The notes below the pieces were generated by a model. It made no database searches, was not told the DNA's origin, and saw only the letters and a program-made list of their open reading frames with translations. Below, one piece after another: positions 6,354-13,415 of a stretch of DNA of 13,415 nucleotides. A program made the position numbers and the translations under genes. Each line of letters starts with the position of its first letter. The first letter of the stretch is position 1. Origin of the DNA: Fidelibacterota bacterium (lineage in GTDB: Bacteria; Fidelibacterota; Fidelibacteria; Fidelibacterales; DSDE01); the NCBI GenBank assembly GCA_046735395.1, contig JBJKQR010000057.1:1-13415 (forward strand). Direction: 5' to 3'.

Positions 6354-6480
6354 GACCACCTTTCCGTAAAATCAATCTGCATCAGATTATTCACATACTA
6401 TTGCAACCGTATAGTTGATAGTGACGATTGGCTACATTAACGTGAAACGGAGCGCGGAAGAGAGCGCTCAGGAGAAAAAG

Positions 6481-7761
6481 ATGAAAAAGATGACTTGGAT
6501 GATCATTGTGATGGCCTTTGCTGCGCTGGTGGCGCTGACAGCCTGCTCTGATCCGGGAAGCAGCAGCTCTGCGACGTCCTACGGCGATGTGGCGGGAGCA
6601 TATTCCACAAAAGATAATCCGGATGATGTGTGGTATCATGTGTTTTATGATGACGGAAGCGGATGTCTGGTCTCATCCGATCTGTCACAGAAGTATTATC
6701 CCTTTTCCTATGATATCAAAGGGGATACACTCACGACCTATTCAGTATTCTGGACGAATGTGGGCAATGAGACCGCAATAGACTCGGCAAAATATGCATT
6801 GAAAAAGACCGGAAACACCTATTCTTTCAGTATCAATATTGCGGATGCAGGTGAACCTGAAAATATTGTCACCTATCAGGCTGTTGCGGATTTTTCTCTG
6901 GAAAACCGGGTCGTGCTGACCGACAGTGTCACTGTCAATCCCTGGGTTTCCCTACTTGATTCCCAACATCCTCTGGTTCTGAAATCCGACCACAGTGCGG
7001 ACTATTTCGGAGGAACCGCTTCTTGGGAGTATATGCCGGGAAATCAGGGGGTCGAAGTTCGTATGTACATGGAAACGCTGTATCTCTGGGCCAGTACGAC
7101 GGGTAACGACATTTGCCTCAAAGAATATGGCCTTGGCGGATATGCTCAATTTGATATTGATTACAAAACAGCTATCCAGTCCATGTATATCGATTATTCG
7201 GATGCCAGCAGCTCGGTTAAACCCTATCTGATGCTTTGGAAAAACGGGGTGGCCGAATATGGGGAAATCGAAACGGCGACCAATACAACGACCCGGTCCT
7301 GTACCGCCGGTTATGAATACGACCTGTATACGAAGGAAGTCACACTGACCTATAACTACAATTGGCCAAATCGGTCACAGGACAATGTGCGGACATACAC
7401 TATCACAAAAGTCGAAGGTCAGTATGTTCTGACGAACATGGATGATCCGGAGGATGTATTCACAGCCGTGGATGAGCCGGTGGTTTCACATATTTCATTT
7501 ACCTCGCAGAGTGATGTCTATGGCACCTGGATCGGAAACTATGGTGATACGTTGACTATTAGTAATGACGGCAAGGTTGTGGAAAATTCTTCGACAGAAA
7601 CGCTGTCGTTCATGTTCAATAATAATGGCTGGGACTACTATATTCTTTATATTTCGTCCGGAGATTATACATCAGGTTACACCGTAAAGTATGAACTGAC
7701 CTACACAAGTACGCTGATGCTGCAAGACAAATTCACCGGTGAGCAATTTTATAAACAGTAA
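6481..7761 (+). CDS. Lipoprotein 2 (426 aa); paralog of 4431..5708
   Basis: Start re-called to ATG 6481 after SD AGGAG. Lipobox LTAC followed by CSDPGSSSS. It shares WEYMPGNQGV, FSY(E/D)IKG(N/D)TLT and SD(I/V)xGTW with lipoprotein 1. Confidence 0.9.
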   Translation: MKKMTWMIIVMAFAALVALTACSDPGSSSSATSYGDVAGAYSTKDNPDDVWYHVFYDDGSGCLVSSDLSQKYYPFSYDIKGDTLTTYSVFWTNVGNETAIDSAKYALKKTGNTYSFSINIADAGEPENIVTYQAVADFSLENRVVLTDSVTVNPWVSLLDSQHPLVLKSDHSADYFGGTASWEYMPGNQGVEVRMYMETLYLWASTTGNDICLKEYGLGGYAQFDIDYKTAIQSMYIDYSDASSSVKPYLMLWKNGVAEYGEIETATNTTTRSCTAGYEYDLYTKEVTLTYNYNWPNRSQDNVRTYTITKVEGQYVLTNMDDPEDVFTAVDEPVVSHISFTSQSDVYGTWIGNYGDTLTISNDGKVVENSSTETLSFMFNNNGWDYYILYISSGDYTSGYTVKYELTYTSTLMLQDKFTGEQFYKQ

Positions 7762-7797
7762 TAAATGAATCCCGAAATGCTGCATCTGTTGTAGGTT

Positions 7798-7850
7798 CGG
7801 ACGCCCCGCAGTTTCCTTCTCTCAGGGAGATTTGCGGGGCGCCTGCTTTT
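7798..7850 (+). terminator. 3' stem-loop / intrinsic terminator after lipoprotein 2; homologous to 5738-5785
   Basis: CGCCCCGCAG-TTTCCTT-ctctc-AGGGAGA-TTTGCGGGGCG followed by cctgcTTTT. Confidence 0.7.
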
Positions 7851-8050
7851 GTGGCGATTAATCTGCAGCACACAGCAGATATATTTCCAGGCCATGGCGC
7901 CATCACCGCAATTCAGCCCGTCATGGCGAGCTTTACCTGCATAAGGTCACATTAAAATGACAGACATGCATCGGTGATGAATATGAGACAGAGCTGTCTC
8001 TGTTCGGAAATGAATTAGAACGCCATAACGACGTTTCCGCCGCGTTCTTT

Positions 8051-9409
8051 TTATTTCAGATAATTGATTTTAATGGTTTCGCAGAAACCCTGGCCCTTCA
8101 GCTGAAACAGATAAATTCCTGAACTGTGGGAGCGGAAGTAGGACGGATCCAGAACGAGGTCATTATTTCCGCTTTCCAGTACGCGGGTTCCGCTGTCCAC
8201 CATATGTCCGTTCAGATCACAGATGCTCCACTCGACGGAACCTTTTGCAGGCATGTTTATGGAAACATGCGTCGTGGCGTTGAAAGGGTTTGGATAATTT
8301 TTGCCCAGAATCCGGTTGGGCCTCAGAACCGATTCGATTGGTTTCAGTTCCGTGACGACAAAAGAGCTGTCACCCAGTTCAAAGGTATAGCCGATGCCGC
8401 CTTTCTGAAACCAGCTTAGGGCCAGATCGTTCTTGTTGAAATGATGGGCATAGCCGTCCCGGCGGGCCGGGTCATGAACCAGCGGATCGCCGTTTGCATC
8501 GAAACCGGCCAGCATGACCAGATGACCGCTGTAGAGAGGCGGCCCCAGACTCATGCCGATTCGTCCGCCAGCCGCCAGAACTGCTCTCGCCTGATTCCAG
8601 GACCGGTACTGAGTCACTGCGCCGTTCAGGCCGTATTCATGGGCATTCTGGACGACGCGCGGCCACACTCCGAACATTCCCCAGTGCGCATCGTCCGTTG
8701 CTCTCGCAAAGGCAACCGGATCAACCGGGATGGAATAGGAGCGCAGGATCATGGATACGGTGGTGGGTGAACAGATACTGCCCCCGATGACCGGATCCAG
8801 ATCATACTGGTAAAAATGCTGTGTCGGGATGAGAATTTCATCCGGTTTGTCATTCAGCAGCTGTGTATAATCAATGGCAGCGGTGCTTCGCGTATCGGAG
8901 GCAAAGTAGCTGAGCCGTTCCACGAGAGGGGATGGAGCTGATGAAAGGACACGGCCCAGAACCAGCCGGTACTGAAATATGCTGTAATAGGAATTGAGTT
9001 TGACATGATCCACATCCACGGCCCCGTCATTGAAGGTGGTGGCGCCGTAATCACTCCAGATAAATGTCTGCCAATAGCCGGCCGTGAGCCAGGGGGACCA
9101 GCTTCCGTTTTTTTCAAACCGGATCTCCACCCTGAAGGCGTTCTGGTCACCGGAGCAGTGGCCGTTCCAGCTCGGAAGGCCGCGGTTGAAGGCGATGGTT
9201 GTCGTATCCGGTTCAAACAGAACTGTACCCAATGTCTGGCCATCTTCGAGGACAAATCCTCCCTGATCCTCAAGATAGAGAATATGATCCAGAGAAACGG
9301 CGTGATCACGGAGTAAGGGCCCCGCATAAGAAATCAGCGTATCACCGGCGCTCTGTGCCGAAAGCGTGCCGGCCAGCAGCAATGCAAAAAGGAATGGATA
9401 TTTTTTCAT
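8051..9409 (-). CDS. Secreted C39-like (papain-fold) cysteine peptidase with a C-terminal T9SS/Por sorting domain (452 aa)
   Basis: Signal peptide MKKYPFLFALLLAGTLSA|Q. Catalytic pattern FYQY (Q201), ICSPTTVSMIL (C213), SGHLVMLAGFD (H296), VHDP (D313). CTD motifs NYPNPFN...SGIYLFQLK...IKINYLK. Confidence 0.85.
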   Translation of the reverse strand: MKKYPFLFALLLAGTLSAQSAGDTLISYAGPLLRDHAVSLDHILYLEDQGGFVLEDGQTLGTVLFEPDTTTIAFNRGLPSWNGHCSGDQNAFRVEIRFEKNGSWSPWLTAGYWQTFIWSDYGATTFNDGAVDVDHVKLNSYYSIFQYRLVLGRVLSSAPSPLVERLSYFASDTRSTAAIDYTQLLNDKPDEILIPTQHFYQYDLDPVIGGSICSPTTVSMILRSYSIPVDPVAFARATDDAHWGMFGVWPRVVQNAHEYGLNGAVTQYRSWNQARAVLAAGGRIGMSLGPPLYSGHLVMLAGFDANGDPLVHDPARRDGYAHHFNKNDLALSWFQKGGIGYTFELGDSSFVVTELKPIESVLRPNRILGKNYPNPFNATTHVSINMPAKGSVEWSICDLNGHMVDSGTRVLESGNNDLVLDPSYFRSHSSGIYLFQLKGQGFCETIKINYLK

Positions 9410-9584
9410 GCGCGGAATATACGATCAAATATTTTGGATAAAAAGCCGAACCTTCTAAAATATAAGCAGTTAAAAATACGGCAGCCCGGGAAATAATTCC
9501 CGGGTCATTCAACAGAGGGAAAAAGAATCCCGGATCGGCAAGGATTCGAAAAAAATTGTCTCATACACCGGTGAAAATTTATCT

Positions 9585-9698
9585 TATATTTAGCAATGAA
9601 TTAAGAACATAGACAGATGTTCGTAAGGGACCCGGGAATGGGAAGTGGGTGGTCGGCTCCGGGACTTATGACTATGGGTGCATCCGGAAGGTTGTTGA
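9585..9698 (+). promoter_or_regulatory. Candidate promoter element and structured, G-rich 5' leader of xdhAB
   Basis: TATATTTA at 9585-9592; hairpins at 9605-9622 and 9621-9671; four G3 tracts at 9627-9649; SD-like GGAAGG at 9686-9691. Confidence 0.4.
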
Positions 9699-11105
9699 AT
9701 GACGGCTTTTTATTTGAACCGACAGCCGGTGGAGGCGAAAGGAAGTCCCGGCCGAAGCGTACTGGATTATATCCGGCAGGATACGGGCCTCACCGCGACA
9801 AAATCAGGCTGCCGTGAAGGGGACTGCGGCGCCTGCATGGTGCTGTGGGGACGGCTCCGGGACGGACAGGTTCAGTACCGGGCTGTCAATTCCTGCCTGC
9901 TGCCCGTTGCCGAGGCGGCAGGGACTCACGTGGTCACTCTGGAAGGGCTGAACCGGGACGATGGCCTGACGCCGGTTCAGGACGCCATGCACCGTCACCA
10001 TGCCAGCCAGTGCGGATTCTGTACTCCGGGCATTGTGAATTCGCTGTCCGCGTTTTTTCTGACGGCAGACGAAATTTCCATCGATACGCTCACCCGAGCC
10101 CTGGACGGCAATCTCTGCCGCTGTACGGGCTACGCATCCCTTCGCCGTGCCCTCGATGATCTGAATACACACTATGGCGGTAGTCTCCCCCGGGACAGGG
10201 ACAGGATCCGGCAGGCGGTTGACTGGGGAATCGTCCCGGATTATTTTCTGGATATGCCGGCAAAGCTTGGTGAACTGGCCGGAACACGCCCCGCTCCGGA
10301 AGGCCTCATTGTGGGTGGGGCAACCGATCTGCTGGTGCAGCACCGGGGGCGTTTACCCGAATCCGCTTTGAGTTTCGAAAGTATGCGGAATCCCTTTCCC
10401 TTCGTTGGTATCCGGGAGGGAATGCTGCATATCGACGGAAATGCCACAGTGGCCGATCTGGCTTCGTCTGAGGATGTGAAGGCCCTGCTCCCGGATTTTG
10501 AGCAGGTTTATCCGCTGATATCGGCCACATCCATCCGTAATCGGGCCACGGTGGCCGGCAATTTTGTCAATGCCAGCCCCATCGGCGATCTGAGCGTATA
10601 TTTTCTGCCGTTGGGCGCTCAGTTGATTTTCAAATCAGACTCCGGAAGCCGTCAGCTTCCGCTCAGCCGTTTATTTCTCGATTATAAAGTACTGGATATC
10701 CGGCCTGGTGAACGGCTGGACGCGCTGCTGCTGCCTCTGGAAAATCTCAGGGGCCGGGTCCGGCATTTCGAAAAAATCAGCAAACGAAAGATTCTGGATA
10801 TCGCTTCGGTCAATTCGGCAATTTCCCTTCGGGAGGAGAATGGCCGCATTCTGGATGTAAGCCTGTCTGCAGGCGGTGTGGCTCCCGTCCCCTTATTATT
10901 GACAAAAACGTCCGAGTGGCTCCGCGGCCGGGATGTGACTGCGGAAACGGTTCGTCAGGCCGGGAGAATGGCCGTGACGGAAATTCACCCCATTGATGAT
11001 ATCCGCGGAAGCGCAGAATACAAGGGCATTGCACTGGACCGCAGCATCCGGGCCCATTTTGCCGCTCTCTTTCCGGAGCGAATCCGTGTTGAGGAGCTTC
11101 TATGA
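9699..11105 (+). CDS. xdhA: Xanthine dehydrogenase small subunit (2x[2Fe-2S] plus FAD domains, 468 aa)
   Basis: Fe-S motifs GCREGDCGAC...NSC and QCGFCTPG...GNLCRCTGY. FAD motifs GGATDL, IRNRATVAGNFVNASPIGD, KISKRKILDI and PIDDIRGSAEYK. Confidence 0.95.
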   Translation: MTAFYLNRQPVEAKGSPGRSVLDYIRQDTGLTATKSGCREGDCGACMVLWGRLRDGQVQYRAVNSCLLPVAEAAGTHVVTLEGLNRDDGLTPVQDAMHRHHASQCGFCTPGIVNSLSAFFLTADEISIDTLTRALDGNLCRCTGYASLRRALDDLNTHYGGSLPRDRDRIRQAVDWGIVPDYFLDMPAKLGELAGTRPAPEGLIVGGATDLLVQHRGRLPESALSFESMRNPFPFVGIREGMLHIDGNATVADLASSEDVKALLPDFEQVYPLISATSIRNRATVAGNFVNASPIGDLSVYFLPLGAQLIFKSDSGSRQLPLSRLFLDYKVLDIRPGERLDALLLPLENLRGRVRHFEKISKRKILDIASVNSAISLREENGRILDVSLSAGGVAPVPLLLTKTSEWLRGRDVTAETVRQAGRMAVTEIHPIDDIRGSAEYKGIALDRSIRAHFAALFPERIRVEELL

Positions 11106-13387
11106 TGAATGATCTGATCACCCGGCATCTGAGAGGCGAGTCCCGGTTCACCGATGATATTTCTCTGCCCGGTTCATCGCTCACAGCCGTGGTATTTACA
11201 TCGCCGGTCGCTCACGGGCAAATCCGCCGCCTGGACGGTTCCGTGGCGGAAACGATGCCGGGAATTGTTGGGATTCTGACGGCAGATCATATTCCCGGGG
11301 AAAATCAGGTCGGAAATATTGTTGAAGATGAACCCCTGTTTGCGGATGAGATTGTGGAGTATATGGGACAGCCCCTGGCCCTGATTGTAGCTGAAACACC
11401 CGATGCGGCGAGGCGGGCACAGGAGAAAATTATTTTTGAATATGATGAGCTGCCGGTCATCTTCGATGCCCGTGAAGCGTATGAGAAAAATCAGCTCATC
11501 ACAGCCCCCCGCAGCTTCAATATAGGCGACATTGACAGTCAGTGGGAACAGTGTGATATGATTGTGGAAGGACAGGTGGACAGCGGCATGCAGGAACATG
11601 TATATCTGGAAACCCAGACTGCCTTTGCCGTCCCGCTGGACAGCGGAAAGATTCAAATCGGATCCTCGACTCAGAATCCGACGGCCGTGCAGAAAACGGC
11701 TGCAAAAGTGCTGGGCCTGCCCATGAACCGGATTGAAACGGATGTTCTGCGTCTCGGCGGCGCCTTCGGGGGCAAAGAGGATCAGGCCACGCCCTGGGCT
11801 GTCATGTGCGCCCTGGCCGCATATCATTACAAACGTCCGGTCAAGCTCGTTCTGGAGCGCTATGAGGATATGGCCTGGACCGGGAAACGCCACAGCTACA
11901 GTTCGGACTTCAAACTGGGTCTGGACCGGAACGGGCGGATGCTGGCCTGGGAGGTTCACTATTATCAGAATGCCGGTGCGAGCGCCGATCTGTCTCCGGC
12001 CATCCTGGAACGGACACTGTTTCACAGCACGAATTCCTATTATATCCCCAATGTCCGGGCGAAGGCCGCCAGCTGCCGTACCAACCTTCCGCCCAATACC
12101 GCCTTTCGCGGATTCGGCGGGCCTCAGGCCATGTTTGTCATGGAAGCAGCGCTGGATAAAGCAGCCGAAAAACTTGGCATGGAACGAGAGGAACTTCAGC
12201 AGATTAACCTGCTCCGCAAAGGAAATATCCTCCCCTACGGAATGGCTGTACAGGATGATCACGGGCGGATCTGCTATGAGCGGGCCAGGGAACTGTATGA
12301 ATATGACAGGCACCTGACACGCATTCGCAACTTCAACGCTTCGAATGCCGCATTCAAGAAAGGCTTGTCGCTCATGCCGGTGTGCTTCGGTATTTCCTTT
12401 ACCAGCACTTTTCTGAACCAGGCTTCGGCGCTGATTCATGTGTATAATGACGGATCGGTGGGCGTCAGCACCGGTGCCATCGAGATGGGCCAGGGTGTCA
12501 ATCTGAAGATTCAGAAAGTTGTCAGCAGGGTCTTCGGAATCGACAGCGACAGGGTATTTCTGGAATCAACGAATACGACACGCAATGCGAATACGTCTCC
12601 GACGGCCGCGTCCTCCGGCGCGGATATGAACGGGAATGCGGCCCTGATTGCAGCCAGGGAAATCCGGGCCCGTCTTCTGAATCATGCAGCCTCCCTGCTG
12701 AACGCAGATCCGGGTAATCTGGATATTCGTTCAAATTCCGTTTATTACGGTGAATCCGAAACAGAGCTGACCTGGGAAAAGGTCGTGAACTCGGCCTATA
12801 TGCAGCGGATTGACCTGTCTTCTCACGCTTTTTATGCCACGCCCGGCATCGAATACGACCGCAGTACGGAAAAAGGAAATGCCTTCGCCTATCACGTTAT
12901 GGGAACGGCGCTGACGGAAGTGACCCTGGATGTCCTTCGCGGGACCTACAGCATCGACTCCGTATCCATCGTGCATGACTCCGGATTGAGCCTGGATGAG
13001 GCGACAGACAGGGGACAGGTCGAAGGGGCTCTGGCACAGGGAATCGGATGGATGACCCTCGAGGAAATCCGTTTTTCTGACAAGGGCCGGAACCTGGCCG
13101 CAAATCTGGCTTCCTATAAAGTCCCGGATCTGTACAGTACTGCAAAATCTGTAAATATAGAATTCTTCAGGGATCCGGAAAATTCGCGCGGGCCGCTGAA
13201 CAGCAAGGCCATCGGCGAACCGCCCTTCATGTACGGAATCGGCGCATGGTTTGCTCTCCGTGAAGCTATGAAAGCTGCCGTTCCCGTTCTGGATCTGGAA
13301 TATCGCGCCCCGCTGACGCCCGAAAAAGTGCTTCTTGCCCTGGCGCATTGTGAAAAATATGCAGACTCACCGCAGTCCGATACGTAA
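11102..13387 (+). CDS. xdhB: Xanthine dehydrogenase molybdopterin-binding subunit (761 aa)
   Basis: Motifs QEHVYLE, LGGAFGGKEDQ, DLSPAILERTLFH, AFRGFGGPQ, FGISFT, EMGQG, GQVEGALAQGIG and SKAIGEPP. ATGA overlap with the xdhA stop. Confidence 0.96.
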   Translation: MMNDLITRHLRGESRFTDDISLPGSSLTAVVFTSPVAHGQIRRLDGSVAETMPGIVGILTADHIPGENQVGNIVEDEPLFADEIVEYMGQPLALIVAETPDAARRAQEKIIFEYDELPVIFDAREAYEKNQLITAPRSFNIGDIDSQWEQCDMIVEGQVDSGMQEHVYLETQTAFAVPLDSGKIQIGSSTQNPTAVQKTAAKVLGLPMNRIETDVLRLGGAFGGKEDQATPWAVMCALAAYHYKRPVKLVLERYEDMAWTGKRHSYSSDFKLGLDRNGRMLAWEVHYYQNAGASADLSPAILERTLFHSTNSYYIPNVRAKAASCRTNLPPNTAFRGFGGPQAMFVMEAALDKAAEKLGMEREELQQINLLRKGNILPYGMAVQDDHGRICYERARELYEYDRHLTRIRNFNASNAAFKKGLSLMPVCFGISFTSTFLNQASALIHVYNDGSVGVSTGAIEMGQGVNLKIQKVVSRVFGIDSDRVFLESTNTTRNANTSPTAASSGADMNGNAALIAAREIRARLLNHAASLLNADPGNLDIRSNSVYYGESETELTWEKVVNSAYMQRIDLSSHAFYATPGIEYDRSTEKGNAFAYHVMGTALTEVTLDVLRGTYSIDSVSIVHDSGLSLDEATDRGQVEGALAQGIGWMTLEEIRFSDKGRNLAANLASYKVPDLYSTAKSVNIEFFRDPENSRGPLNSKAIGEPPFMYGIGAWFALREAMKAAVPVLDLEYRAPLTPEKVLLALAHCEKYADSPQSDT

Positions 13388-13405
13388 ATTTGATTTGGAA
13401 GGAAA

Positions 13406-13415
13406 ATGAATGAAA
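13406..13415 (+). CDS. Probable start of the next operon gene, truncated by the window edge
   Basis: SD-like GGAAGGA at 13397-13403 is followed by ATG at 13406 (alternative ATG at 13410), 18 nt after the xdhB stop with no terminator between. The product cannot be identified. Confidence 0.4.

Noticed and set aside
4431..7761. Invertible or shufflon-type switching between the lipoprotein paralogs
   Set aside because: Both genes are complete and co-oriented, with no recombinase and no flanking inverted repeats. The shared blocks carry synonymous differences, which argues against recent gene conversion.
7985..8000. Palindrome GAGACAG-ag-CTGTCTC as the peptidase terminator
   Set aside because: The loop is only 2 nt and there is no U-tract on the minus strand, so no function can be supported.
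9616..9684. Canonical purine (guanine/adenine) riboswitch
   Set aside because: It lacks the conserved TATAAT, TATGG, GTTTCTAC and CCGTAAA elements. Only the ends resemble the consensus.
9804..13348. Long alternative-frame and antisense ORFs inside xdhAB (9804..10343, 11174..12439, 11733..12317, 12731..13348)
   Set aside because: These are expected in GC-rich coding DNA, fully overlap well-supported genes, and have no recognisable domains.

Overview
This is a bacterial chromosomal window, most likely from the FCB superphylum. The inference rests on a T9SS-type C-terminal sorting domain and a TTG-N20-TAACTTTG promoter. Strong Shine-Dalgarno sites point away from core Bacteroidota, for example towards a Marinimicrobia-like lineage. 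From left to right: (1) a 143-bp tandem duplication built from nested short motifs, just beyond the rpsA terminator; (2) one minus-strand 853-aa ORF fusing cytidylate kinase to ribosomal protein S1, with an in-frame internal SD+ATG for S1 alone; (3) a divergently transcribed accessory cassette containing a secreted hypothetical protein and two paralogous four-domain lipoproteins that share 5' and 3' RNA hairpins, separated by a stand-alone AraC helix-turn-helix gene; (4) a convergent secreted C39-like cysteine peptidase with a T9SS CTD; (5) the xanthine dehydrogenase genes xdhA-xdhB, whose upstream region holds a canonical G-quadruplex motif competing with a hairpin, followed by the probable start of another gene at the window edge. 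No CRISPR array, tRNA, rRNA, transposase or reverse transcriptase was seen. All calls are by eye, with no database searches.
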